Assembly (NCBI RefSeq): GCF_018350175.1
Contig: NC_058368.1
Span: 195,922,001 to 195,986,000 of the forward strand
Source: Felis catus
Lineage: Eukaryota
Reading direction: 5' to 3'
Length of the DNA stretch: 64,000 nt
Shown here piece by piece: positions 37,292 to 49,819 of the stretch. Position 1 is the first letter of the stretch. Each line of letters opens with the position of its first letter. The translations under genes were made by a program, and so were the position numbers. Under the pieces are notes generated by a model that was given only the letters and a program-made list of their open reading frames with translations, ran no database searches and was not told where the DNA came from.

Positions 37292-38110
37292 ACACACATG
37301 AAAAGATACTCAGCCTCACTCATGATCAGGGGAACACAAATCAAAACCGTAATGAGATATCACCTCACACCTGTCAGAATGGCTCACATGAACAATCCAG
37401 GCAACAACAGATGTTGGCGAGGATGCGGAGAGAGAGGATCTCTTTTGCATTGTTAGTGGGAATGCAAGCTGGTGCAGCCACTCTGGAAAACAGGATGGAG
37501 GTTCCTCAAAAAACTAAAAATAGAACTACCCTACGACCCAGCAATTGCGCTACTAGGCATTTATCCAAAGGATACAAAAATGCTGATTCGAAGGGGCACA
37601 TGCACCCCCATGTTTATAGTAGCACTCTCGACAATAGCCAAAGTATGGAAAGAGTCCTAATGTCCATCAACTAATGAATGGACAAAGAAGATGTGGTATA
37701 TTGGAATACAATGAAATATTACTCACCGATCAAAAAGAAAGAAATCTTGCCATTTGCAACGGTGTGGATGGAACTAGAATGTATTATGCTAAACGAAATA
37801 GGTCAGAGGGAGATAAATATCATGATTTCACTCATATGTGGAATTTAAGAAACACAACAGATGAACGTAGGGGAAGGGAAGCAAACATAAGATAAAAACA
37901 GAGAGGGAGGCAGACCATAAGAGACCCTTAAATACAGAGAACAAACTGAAGTTGCAGGAGGGGAGGGGAGAGGGGGATGGCTTAAATGGGTGATGGGCAT
38001 TAAGGAGGGCACTTTTGGGGGTTAGCATTGGGTGTCACATGTTAGAGATGAGTCACTGGGTTCTACTCCCGAAACCAAGACTGTATGTTAACTAACTTGA
38101 ATTTAAATAA
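37292..38110 (+). mobile_element. 5'-truncated carnivore L1 (ORF2 C-terminus + 3' UTR) in MYOZ3 intron
   Basis: [45 protein letters not shown] zinc-knuckle region with stops. Approximate duplication AGATC(T/A)CCACCTGT at about 37278 and 38118. Confidence 0.92.
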
Positions 38111-39294
38111 TAGTAAGAGATCACCACCTGTGCGAGTGAACACATTTTTATTTCATACAATCCCTAATCCATATTTAAATCCCCTTAATTGCCTGCAGAA
38201 TTGGGCATATAAGGTTTGAAGAACCTCGACGACACCCAAACGGAGAAGCCGAGGAGGGCACCAGATATGTGAGCCTAGTGCTCACGGGACAAACTGACCT
38301 GAGATACACATTGGGGCATCGTGGGCCTACAAACGGTATTTGTCTTCGTCTTTGTTGTTTGATGAAGACTATTACATTTACTTCTTTTCTCAAAGTTAGG
38401 ACGAGTCGTCGTAGCCATGGAGAGGGCTTCCAGGCTATCCTTAATGGTTTCAGAGCCCAACACATACTGTTACACACTTCCCAACAAGGGAAGGCTTTTG
38501 GGGGCAAGGAGTGACGGAGTGGTGAGGGCACTGACAGGAAAGGGATACAGGGGGGACAGCGTGGCCAGAGTTGTCCATCTCTAAAATCCGATACACGGAG
38601 GTTCGTGTTCCAGCTCTATAAACGGTATGTAGAGCCGGAAGGCTGGATGAGATCACTGGGGATGTGAGAATGGGTAAAAAGATCCCAAGCCTGAGTTCCA
38701 GGCCTGCCGCATTCAGACGGAGGAGGTGAGGAACCAGCCACGGAGCCTGGGAAGGGGAGCCCGGTGAAGCAGGAGGAAATCCAGAGTGTGGGACCCTGGA
38801 AACCAAGTGATGAAAGTGTTTCGGGGAAGATGGGTTGATCACGAAGCCACATGCTTCTGCTCAGTGAGGAGGAGGAGGAAGGCTGAATACTGGCCGTCCT
38901 CTTTACTGTCATGGGGTTATTATTGGTCACCCTCACAAGAGTAGTTTCCATGGAGTATTTGGGCGTGAAAACCTTACTGGAAAGTGTTACGAGAAAATGG
39001 ACAGGGGAACATTTTAGCCACACCACGAGCAAGCAATGAACCAAATCTAGGATGTGGGACATTTTATAGGGCAGCTGGCCTGGGTTCTTCAAAGGAGTGA
39101 ATGATATGGAAAAAAAAAAAGAAGAAGAAGACAGGACCGGGAGGGCGGGGGGTAGGGTATAGATTAAAAGAGATTTAAGAGACGCGGCCACCAAATAAAC
39201 AGTAGTCCTTCTTTGGATGCTCATTAAAACAAACTAGAAAACTGAAGAAAGTTGATGGTGGCACTGGTTATCAAGCCAAAGTTGCTAACAACTT

Positions 39295-39445
39295 GAGAGA
39301 GGGAGACAGAGAGAGAGAGAGGGAGAATCTCAAGCAGGCTCTACACTCAGCACAAAGCCCAATGTGGGGCTCAATCCCACCACCCTGGGATCATGACCTG
39401 AGCTGAAATCAAGAGTCAGATGCTCAACTAAGACACCCAGACCCC
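39295..39445 (-). mobile_element. Can-SINE
   Basis: Reverse-complement consensus. Confidence 0.82.
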
Positions 39446-41968
39446 CCTCTTTTCATTATTTTGGATGCCTCCTGAGCCTGATGAAATGACAGGCCCTTTG
39501 GGTTTTGCTTTGGACTCCAGGAATGAAAGGAGGGCCACGGGGATTTGCACTCTATTTTTGTGTGTTTGGAAATGAGCTTAATAAAATGTTGAAGACAGCG
39601 AGCGAGGAGGGGAGAAAGTATAGACACCAACGTTGAGGAGTTATGCTCTACAGGACCCGAGGCATCTGTAGAGTCAAGAGGTGTTTGTTTGCTTTTAAGA
39701 GGGAGAAGTAAAAGCATGCTTTTTGGCTGATGGGAAATTTTGACAATGCAGTAGAGAGAGGGCAGAATGGAAGAATGTCCTTGGGCAGGAGAGAAGGGCA
39801 GGGAGGGTATCTGGTGCCCAACTGGAAGGGGTAGCTTCAGACACGTGCACGGAGAGGTCAGCCACCACGTGGGCAAGAAAAACAGGGAACACCAAACAGA
39901 GGTTCCCTTTTGGTTCCGCAATTCTCAGTGCAATAGGAAGCAAGGTCATCAGCTGGGAACGAGGATAGGGGAGGAGGCATTGGGAGTCTGGGGAGAGAGG
40001 TTGCCAACGTTGTGGAAGAGAATAGTACGGGACGGGGAGACAGGCCTGATGTGGCCACCAGGCGGCATCGAGGCCCAGGCAGGTGCTGTGATTCATTCCA
40101 CTCGATGGGATCCAAACAGCCTTTTTAAAAAAGGAGGCTGATGATTTTTTTCATTCTTTCAGCAAATAAAGAGAGCGCACCTTTTACATGTTAGGAACAG
40201 AAAGAGATCCATTGTAGGGTAAGAGGGGGAAAAAGCAAGTTTCAGAAGAATCTGTATTCTAGGATTGCACTCATATTTTAAAAAATAAGTACTATCTGTT
40301 CATGCACACATTGAAAAGTCTGCATGGAGACGTGCCAAATATTCGTAGCGACTACATACAGGACATAGGAAGAGGAGGGCTGGAAATCACACTAATTTTT
40401 AACGGGAAAAGGTACTGCATACTTAAAAGCATGAAAGACTATTTATACCGAAATATATAATAAAAAGTCCCCTGGCATCATACTGTCAAATATTATCCAG
40501 ATGAATTGACCTCGACAGTAAAAAAAAAAAAAAAAAAAAAAAAAAAGTTACCGATAAAATCTATTTAAGGAAACAATTCTATTTCTAGGCTTTCATTCTT
40601 AGGGAGAAAAGTTGAATAAGCATGCCTGAAGTTATGTATACAAGGATGTTTACGGCAGTGAGGGTTCAGATTGTGAAAACCGGGCATCAGTGTTGTGGGG
40701 GTGCTGCCCAGATGTCCTTTATCAGTGGCTCCGTGTCACAACTGGCCCCTTCTGCAGAGAGCTGCCTGGCTGAGCAGAAGTGCTCACGGCCCCCTCGCTG
40801 AAGGCAGGGTGAATTCTGTGGACTCTGGAGGCCTGGAGCCCCCACAAGGTCAGACTGAACCTGGGCTACAGATGAGCCCATATCCTGGCTTAGCAATTTC
40901 CCCCACCCTCTCCCGCTCCCGTCATTTCCCTCCTCCTGAGAGTCCAACCCCAGTAAGTCACTTGCTTGAGAATCTTCAACTCTGTTCCTAAGGGTCCAAC
41001 CTGAGATGAGCCTTCACGACTGCCAGTAAGGTGTGTGTGTACCAATATGCTGACTATATTACGTGCTGGGGGAGCAGGGGGAGGGGGTGGAGAGAGAAAT
41101 CATAGCAGGAGGGAAAGAAGTCTCTGGTACGCTGCTAGTGGAAAAAAAAAAGCAAGCTAAAGAACCCAGCATATAGTACTTAGCCCACATGTATTTGCGT
41201 TTATATAAATACGTTTGTATATGAACGGAAAATGGATTTACACAATTATGCTAACAGTGGTTATCTCCAGATGGTCTCATTACGAGGAACTTTCACTTTC
41301 AAAGTCATTCATGTCTGTTTTGTCTGAATGTCTTATAAAATGGATGTATTATTTGTACAACCGTGCAGTAAGGAAGGGGCTCTGGAGACGGAGATCTGGA
41401 GTCAAATCTCAGCTCTACTGACTACTACATCCATGATCACCTAGCTCCTCTGAACCTCGGTTTTCTCATCTACAAAACAGGGACAATAATATCTAACTTA
41501 CAGAGTTGTTGTTTATGTGTATAACATAGAGCATAAAAGCCCTTAGCACTGGATCTGATGCAGAGTAAGTACGTAATAATGGTTAAGTGTTTTCATTATC
41601 ATCACCTTACAGTGCTGTCTTCTGATGGTGAGACTATGAGATTTTTTTTCTTTCTTTCTACTTTTCTTTAGTTTCAGAATTGTCTTGCGTTCATACCCTA
41701 GCAATAGTCAACAACGTATACATTTCCAGTCTGGCATAAATGATATGTGTCCACATTTGGGGGGGCTGCAACTAATTACTTAGACAAAGGGAAAGATAAA
41801 GCATTGCCTGGTTCTTCTAGTTAGAGCATCAACACCTCACCAAGTTGGCATATTTTAGCACTGGAAATCATGAAGTTAAAAAAAAGAAAAACTTGATGCC
41901 AACAAAAGGAGGCAAGAACACACAAAACAGGTTAGGACCACTCACATATAAAGTCATACGACATGGTT

Positions 41969-42183
41969 AGGGGAGCCTGGGTGGCTCAGTTGGTTAAGCG
42001 TTTGACTTCAGCTCAGGTCATGATCTCACAGTTTGTGAGTTCGAGCCCCATGGCGGGCTCTGTGCTGACAGCTCCGAGCCTGGAACCTACTTCGGATGCT
42101 GTGTCTCCCTCCGTCTGCCCCTCCCCTGCTCGCGCTCTGTCTCTCTGTGTCTCTCAAAAATAAGTAGAACGTTAAAAAAAAAA
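41969..42183 (+). mobile_element. Can-SINE
   Basis: Full consensus with A-tail. Confidence 0.9.
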
Positions 42184-42299
42184 GTCATTCATGATTAAAT
42201 ACTTGATTAAATACTTCTTAGAACCCTGCACGGGGCAAAACCACAGTGGTGTCCATTGATGAGGGTTTACCGGAGCTCGGTTCACTGTCCACGTGCACC

Positions 42300-42440
42300 A
42301 GGACACTTGCCTGAAAGGTGAATGTGTGGCCCCCCTCCAGGTCCACTGAATCAGAATCCCTGGGGGTAGGGGCTGGGACTCTGCATCTTGAACCCGCAAC
42401 ACCACTTCAGTATCATTCACGCTAAAGCCTGAGAGCTAGG
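42300..42440. mobile_element. MER5A-like hAT-Charlie fragment
   Basis: CCAGGTCCACTGAATCAGAATCCCTGGGGGTAGGGGCTGGGACTCTGCAT. Confidence 0.55.
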
Positions 42441-43049
42441 ACTTGGCTGAATTCTTTTTTTTAAATACTTGAAATGCCCTGACGTAGGCCAAATGAACAG
42501 ACTCCAGAAATACGCGGAGAGTTCCAGAAGGGGTCTTCTATGGTGATACACATGTGTTTTAGATGATTTCTTCATTGGGTGAGCTGGCTTTTAAGTGAAA
42601 TGGTCTGAGTCACCCTGGGGAGCCTGCTCTTGCCAGCCTGCCTTACTCTCCCCGCCACCTTGTCTCTTGCCACAGGGGCTCGGTGAGACCCACAGTCACA
42701 GGAAGCAAGGGCAAGTGTACGGGGAGCTTGGGGCCACGGTTAGGCTGGATCTGGGACCAGAGCCCTCAGTGCTCAACTTGGGGCTGAGGTAAGGACTTAG
42801 TTGGGCCCAGGGCCCAGTCTAGGGCATTCAGTCTCAGCTCCTGGGTGTGTGGGTGTCAGGGCAAGGCCCCTCCCAATGCTTCGGGAAACTTCCCAGCCCA
42901 AGTGGCAGATTCCACAGGCACTCCCTCAGGGCTGGCCTGGAACTCACACCTGTTTGCCCGGGCCTCGGGCCAATAGGCCTGCGTGGCTGCACTTTGGGAC
43001 CAGGAAAGGATGGGGTCGGAGGAACCCACAAGGGCTGAGTCCACCTTAC

Positions 43050-43110
43050 CTGGTTCAGTGAGGTCCCCCATGGCAGCCATCACGGACCCCTTCTGCTCCT
43101 TAGGGATCAT
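43050..43110 (-). CDS. MYOZ3: MYOZ3 first coding exon
   Basis: MIPKEQKGSVMAAMGDLTEP(V), acceptor CAG|G-ATG and GTAAGG donor. The six exons sum to 765 nt = 254 aa. Confidence 0.96.
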
Positions 43111-44612
43111 CCTGTGGAAGAGAGATGCCTGCAAATGGGCCAGCCCTCCTCCATCCACCCCCAGACCTCCTCTTAGTCCCTGCCAGGCCTCCTCTCAGTC
43201 CCTGGTCCACCCAGCCTCAGCCCTGAACCGCCTTGGTCCACCCTAGTCTCAAGGAAGGGCTGTCTGAGCTGGAAAGGGCTTTGGGGCCTCTGTGTACAGA
43301 GGAGGAGACTGAGGTCCAGGGGAGGCAAGGGAGGTGTGAGAGGCCACACAATGTGCTTCACAGGTTGTCAGGGAGGCACTCTTTCTTTAGGGGCTGATCT
43401 CTGGGACATGAGGGGTAGGGGAGGTGGGGGTCTCAGACGACTGTCATCCACTCAGATGAGCTTCTAATCAGAGGCTGAAAGAAGATGGAAGTTTAAGTCA
43501 GGGAGAGGGGGGTATGGATGGGTTGTGAGTCTGGGGTCTACAAGGCTGGTCCTGTCCTTTTATCCCCAATACTTGGCTCAGAGGCTTGAGGGCACAGGCT
43601 GGTCCAAGGAAGCTGAGAGACCCATCGCCCCCCTTCCCTATGCCCCATCCCTCAGCTGACTTACAGGGGCCTCTCTTCTGCCTCACCCCTTCTCTCTTTC
43701 ATCCTCCATCCCACCACCCCCCCCCCTCCATTTGCATCTCATGGCACTTTCCAGGGATCTTGGAGGAGATTTACAAACAAAAAGAGATCTAGAGCCCCAG
43801 AGGATCCCTGCAGGCTCCAAGTCCAGATTCCCTGATTTGCCCCAGGAGAGAAGGCAGAGCCCTTGAGGTTCCTGACAGACTACCCACCCTTGTGCTTTGC
43901 TTCCAGGTTTTTCTACACTCCTTCCTTTGGAAAAAAGTCTGCCTCTATCTATACCCCACACCCACACATGGCCCCTGGTCGGTGGGCACTGAACTGGGCA
44001 ACCTGGAGTCCAATCCGTGCCCCTGACTTCCTCTGTAACTGTGTGCAGATAGCTCTCCAACTCTGTGCCTCAGTTCCTCTTATGTGCCCTTATTACATAA
44101 GGAGGGTGAGCTAGATCATAGGATCCACAGATAGACTTTGGGGCATCCACAACCCCCTCCCCTGCTCCACAAACTGTATCAGACATGAGCTGTCCACAGG
44201 CTTTTGGGGGGAGGGCCATGAGTTAGGGGAGAGTGCTCTGACCGTGACCACTCAGGAGTCTACAGTGCACGGGTCTGTTTCTTGATAAACACCCCCCTTA
44301 CAGACAGGCACGGACATTGGGAAGGGCTCTCATCTTACAGACACGGACGCTGCTCCCTTCCACAGCCTAAAGATCTTGAAATGCTGTGCAGAGCCGTCAC
44401 CTATGCCCAACTCGAATCCCAGCCACCCCTCCTCATTCAACCTAAAGTGGCCTAGAGCTTAGAATCCCTCCGCTCCCAACTCAGGCACTGAGCTTCCTTG
44501 AGGCCCCCGGTTCCCCAGCCCCTCCGCAGGGCCCTTCCTCTGCTTGGGGGCCGGGGCTCATGCTCTCTGCCCACGCCCCGAAGCTCCTCGAGCTCCCCTA
44601 AGATCCTGGTAC

Positions 44613-44913
44613 CTGAGAGATGGAACCGAAGTGTGCAGGAGGGAGGGTCAGACCCTCAAGATTAGCGCCTCTGTTGGGAAGCTGAGAGCTGAGTAGTCAT
44701 GTAGGTGTTAGTGGTCCTCGGTCCAGTCCGAGCCGGGTGTGCCCTTGCAGCCGGCTCTGGCCTCAGCTGAGAAGAATCAAGAATCGTTCCTGCCTTGTCG
44801 TGGCTCACAGCCTTATTTCGGGCTGCAACAGGATCCAGGGACAGATGCTAAAAGCACCAGGCCCCAGGGAAGACAGGTGCCCCGGCAGCAGGCCCTTGCA
44901 GATAGAAGGGCTT

Positions 44914-44947
<34 letters not shown>

Positions 44948-45000
44948 GCACACACCAAAGTCACCTGGAAATGCTGAGAGTCAGTTGCCAGTCACTTGAG
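44613..45000 (-). promoter_or_regulatory. Candidate MYOZ3 non-coding exon 1 and muscle promoter
   Basis: A non-coding first exon is required because an acceptor directly precedes the ATG. Candidate donor CAG|GTACC at 44613/44612 and a cluster of E-boxes at 44764-44998. Confidence 0.4.
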
Positions 45001-46127
45001 CTTGCTAATTGTATCCTTAGTGCCTAGAACGGAGCCTGATAGGAATTCAATAGATATTTGTTGAATGAATGAATGGATGGATGGATGCTTGAATGAATGA
45101 ATTCTCCCCTGGTATCTTTGCTTGACTTGTTCATTTCTTCTTTCCTTTTTTCTTTCCTGCCTTTCTTTCCTCCTTCTGCTCCCTCCCTCCCTTCTCTCCC
45201 TCCCTCCACCTTCTCACATTCTCTAAGTCTCTCTGTATGGAGTGCAGATAAATATGGCAGGGCTCTGTCCTCAAGGAGCTCAGCCAGGCCCAAGTCAGAC
45301 CCGTAAACAAGCCTTTGCGCTGCATGATGGGAGTACCCAGGGGAGGGTGCCACCAGCTTGGCCTGGGGGTGGAGGGGTGGGGAAGGCGCTTCCCAGAGGA
45401 GACATTTGATCTGGGCCTGGAAGGCCAGTGGGAGTTCAGGGGGCAGAGGGGCACGGGCATTGCAGGCAGAGGCCACATTGTGTATAATAGTGTCAGGGGT
45501 CCTCAAGCAGAGCCAGAACTTGCCCCCAGCGTTGAGAGATGGGTAGGGTGGGGCTGAGAGATGAGGCGGACAGGTGGGCCAGATCACAGCAGGCTTTTCA
45601 AAAGGAAGATGTGCTTTATAAAGGGCTGTTGAAGAATTTGAAGCAGTGGAATGCCGGGGTCAGATTGGCATTTTCCAAATATATCTCTGGCTGCCAGGTG
45701 GGCAGGGGGCCAGACTGGAGGCGGGAAGATTTTGCTGTGCTCAGGTGGGAGATGGGGAGGCTGCACAGGGGTAGGGACAGAGCCCACGGAGAGGAGAAGG
45801 ACCTGAGGGGTATCTGGGGAATCATCGGGTCCTGCTAAGAGACTGGATGTGGGGAGCGAGGAAAACGCCACTCTGGCTTGAGTGACTCGGAAAGGTGAAA
45901 GGGGAACAGATTGGGGTGGGGACAGATGCTCAGCTCAGTTTGGGATAAACTTGATTTGAGGTGTCAGGAATGGGAATCACCAGTAGGATACTGTGCCCAG
46001 GAGGGGCTCCAGCTGAAGATAAAGATTGGGTCATTTGCAGGGAAGGGTGGGACCCACAAGGATGTGCTGGGCCCCGGGGTGGCCAGTACCTGTACCCATG
46101 TGCTGGGACAGACTATCCAAGGGTGCG

Positions 46128-46318
46128 TTTTTTTTCACATTTATTTCTGATAGAGACACAAGTCGGGGAGGGGCAGAGAGAGAAGGAGACACAGAATCTG
46201 AAGCAGACTCCAGGCTCCGAGCTGTCAGCACAGAGCCCGACGCGGGGCTCGAACTCACAAACCGCGAGATCATGACCTGAGCCGAAGTCGGACGCTTAAC
46301 CGACTGAGCCACCCAGAG
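46128..46318 (-). mobile_element. Can-SINE between SYNPO and MYOZ3
   Basis: Near-consensus reverse complement with intact CpGs. Confidence 0.9.
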
Positions 46319-47034
46319 GGTGTATTTATGACACACTCATAGGAAGAAGCCTGGGCTCTGCTGTGGCCCGCAGGAGGTCCACGTTCTGCCCCTTAGGATC
46401 CAGCCTCTGCTGGGAGCTCCTAGAGAGGAAGGAGAGGGATGGTCCCAGGGCAGGCTCAGCCTCACCTGGGAGTGGGGCCACAATCCCCTTCTCTAGACAA
46501 AGGACACCCCCCTCAGGTGAGAAGCACTCCAGATAATCTGGGTCTTGAGCTCACTAGGGTTATCTGGACTCATGGGATCTCTTGTAGGGGCTTCTCCTCC
46601 TGCATGGAGCCCCAACCTGCCATGAAGAAACAGCCCCGGAGCACTGGCCCCTGACCCGGCTTGGCCCTGCCTGCTTCAGTGACAGTGTCTTGTGGTGAGG
46701 GCCTGGGCCTGGGAAATACCACCCTGAAACATCACCTAGCCCAGCTCATTCTGCACACACACGGAAGCTGAGGCTGGATAAGGAGTGGCCTTATTCAGGG
46801 TCACCCAGCTAGTAGATGACAGGATCAAGATTTCAACTCTGGGCCTTCATCTATGGCCTGGAGTTTTTCCGTTGTTCCCCATCTCTCTTCATGGCCGCTA
46901 CTCCCCGAGCTCCCGTCCCACCTGTATCAAACATTCTCATCCACCCAAAGCCCCTTGGACTGTTCCATGGGGAGAAGGGAGGGGCTTTAGACACAGCCGA
47001 AAATGACACAGGAGGCAGAAGCATACAGGAAGCA

Positions 47035-47040
47035 TTTATT
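47035..47040 (-). terminator. SYNPO (long isoform) poly(A) signal AATAAA
   Basis: TTTATT on + strand about 2.1 kb after the stop, followed on the minus strand by T/GT-rich sequence. Confidence 0.7.
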
Positions 47041-49114
47041 GAGGGCCAGAGATGAATTCTACAGGAGGCAAGAGGCAGAACACTGGCAGTCTCTAGTGGG
47101 TTAGAGAGGATAGGGGCGGGGAGAAGGCAGTGACAGGGAGAGAACAGCCAGGAGAACTGCAGCTTCTCAAGGCTGCCTCCTGCTGGTTCTTTGGGGGAAA
47201 TGCAGGCAGAAGTGGATTTGCTATGCTTTGGCATCAGCCAGGGGCCCAATAGTGTCTTTTCTCTGAAAGAGGCCCTTAGCCCCAGTCTCCCATGCTACAA
47301 GGAACCCTGAAACAGATGGGGACTTTGGTAAATGTGGTCACTCATCATTGACCAAGCAGGAGCACCCTTTTACCTTCCCACTGTCAGGGCCTATGTTCCC
47401 AATCCTTAGGCCCTAGGCACCCTCTGGGATCACTCCTTTATTCCAAAGCCCCCCTCCCAACTCTCTCCCACTGTGGCCCAGCTTTCCCTAGCCTCACTTA
47501 GGGGTTCCAGGTCTAACATCATCTGATGCGTGGGTAAGTTTACCTCTAACCCCAAATCACACTCGCTCCCTCACCTTTAGCCACATCCTGGTGTCCTTTC
47601 ACCTGCATCTCTTTGATCCTCAGCCCATTCCAAGCCCCACCCCCCCATGCTCCCCTGCTTTTAGTATCCTGAGGCTGAAACTATAGAATTCAACCACATT
47701 TCTCCCATGCCCTGTCCCTCCTGGGGATTGGAATGAGAACCACCAAGGTTTGAGGGTCAGGCCAGGGCCTGCAGCCAGGCTTCTCGAGGTCACCAGGCAT
47801 CGGGCACTAGCTAGGCCAGAGTGTAGTGGGAAAGAGATGGGGCAAAGCGGTGCCCATCATCTGGGCAGGATATGCATACTGGGGCCTAAAACTGAAGCAT
47901 GCGGTATTTCCTAAGGAGCCAGAAACACAGGCAGACTCTAGTCTAACCCTTCACTCACCCATCCGTTCTCATCTGCCCCCAAATTCTGCCTAGCCAATCC
48001 TCTGCCGCCAATCTCCTTCCCTTCCTAACACCACGGAATGCGTTTCAGGACTGGGAGAGCCCTCAGAGGTCACCTGAGCCAATCCCCTTCCTACTAGAAT
48101 CTCCTCTATGCATCCTGGCTCCTGCTTGAATACCTCCTATAACAAGGAACTCTTGCCTCCCTCTTTCCAAGTGGGCAACCTCAAACTCAGGGCCATCAGG
48201 TAAAACCACAGGGTAGCGGATAGCTCTGTATCAACTCTTCTCTCCCCAGCTCAGATTTTAGCCCAGAACTTGCCATGGAAGGGCCCAGAAAAGACAGATG
48301 GGCTGGAGGCACCTGTAGCATGCCTGGACTCCCAAGTCCTGGGGCTGGGGATAGAAGTCATCCCCTTACAGCTCTCCTCTCTGGCAGCAGGTAAGATGCC
48401 CAGGCAGTCTGAGCTGAGGTGGGGAAAGCATGAGAGGGATCTGGGAGGAGGGATCTTCCCATCTCTTGTCTCCAGAGGAGCCCAGCCGGGCACCTTGAGC
48501 TGGCCTGGGAGACCTCTCTAAAGGTCACCATGGTAAAAATAGAGCTTGTCTGGGAAGGGATGGAAAACAGCTGCTCCTGCCTGGGACTTGGTGCCAGGGA
48601 GGCGGATGGTCAAGCCAGGGCCTGGACAGGGAACTTAGGCCTAGGATCTTCTGAACACACCCCTCGTTTGCCAGCCTCCAGAGAGCAGAGGCAGGAAGGG
48701 AGGGAGGAATAGGGAGCCCCGGACTGCATGCAGCAAGCCCAGGGGTCCACGTGCACAACACCCTACCTCTTCCAAGGCACGTGTGTGTCTGTGTGTGTGT
48801 GCTGATGGGAGGGGAGGAGGAATCTAGACCTGTGAAGATTGCCTTGGCCAAAGGCCCACTACACAGATGGGAAAGCCCAGGATCGGACAGAGCAAGGGTG
48901 TTGCCCAGGGTCACACAATGACTGATTCGAATAAGGGCCAGAACCCAAACTTGGATCACTACCCCAGCCCCAGGCCCAGAGCTCTACTCCCCTGACCCCT
49001 TGTCCAAAGAGGCCAGGCCTCCTGGGGATGTGGTGCCAGGAGCTACCAAGCCCCACAACTCTTCTTCTGGCTCAGCCCTCCCGGGGTGGGGATGGAGCGG
49101 GAGCGGGGGAGGCT

Positions 49115-49819
49115 TTAGGTGGTGCAGGAGGCCTCGGAGGGGAGGCTGCCACGCTTGAGCCTCAGGCTGCCGGTCCACCCGCGGGGACAGATGTTGTAGC
49201 CGAGGATGCCGGGCGACTTAGCGCCGGAGTCCTCGGAGTCGAGGGACACATCGGAGTCTGTGGGCGAGCGGCGGGAGGGGAAGGGCCTGGGCGGCGCCGG
49301 CAACGGGCTCCGGGGGCTGGCGCACGGCGAGGGCCCGGCGGACAGCGGGCTCCGCGGGATCGGGGAGAACGTGGCCCCGGGGGCGGCGACGGGGCCGGGC
49401 CGGGCGGGCTTCGGCGAGCGCAGGCGCGGCGGCGGCGGCGGCGGCGGTGGCGGCGGTGGCGGCGGCGGCGGCGGCGGCGGCTGCGCCCCGGGCGGGGAAA
49501 AGGGCCGCAGGCTCTCGGCTCCCGCCGGCCGCGGGGAGGCGCTCTTGCGCCGGGCCGCGTTGATGATGTTTCGCGCCAGGAGGGCCTGCAGCTGGCGGCT
49601 GGGAGGCCGCGCCTCTGTCTCAGGTCGCAGCGGGGACACCGAGCGCTCGCTCCACGAGGGAGACATGGGCGGCGGCGGCGGGAGCGGCGGGGGGCTGCTC
49701 ATGCTGCTCCCGCGGCCCGGCTCCCACGGCCCCGGGCTCACCCAGCCGTCCAGGCTGCTGGGGGGCCGGGAGGCGCCCGGCGTCCAGGGCGGGGAGGTGG
49801 GCAGGCTCTCCCGGCGGTC
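49115..49819 (-). CDS. SYNPO: SYNPO terminal exon of the long isoform (234 aa)
   Basis: CAG|GAC acceptor. DRRESLPTSPPWTPGASRPP…QALLARNIINAARRKSASP…GILGYNICPRGWTGSLRLKRGSLPSEASCTT*. Lies in a CpG island. Confidence 0.95.
   Translation of the reverse strand, partial: DRRESLPTSPPWTPGASRPPSSLDGWVSPGPWEPGRGSSMSSPPPLPPPPPMSPSWSERSVSPLRPETEARPPSRQLQALLARNIINAARRKSASPRPAGAESLRPFSPPGAQPPPPPPPPPPPPPPPPPPRLRSPKPARPGPVAAPGATFSPIPRSPLSAGPSPCASPRSPLPAPPRPFPSRRSPTDSDVSLDSEDSGAKSPGILGYNICPRGWTGSLRLKRGSLPSEASCTT
49427..49480 (-). repeat. Coding (CCG)7-CCA-(CCG)2-CCA-(CCG)7 repeat = Pro18
   Basis: Counted directly from the sequence. Confidence 0.95.

Noticed and set aside
37082..37895. ORFs with a Cys/His knuckle as a host gene
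   Set aside because: Truncated L1 ORF2 remnant with stop codons.
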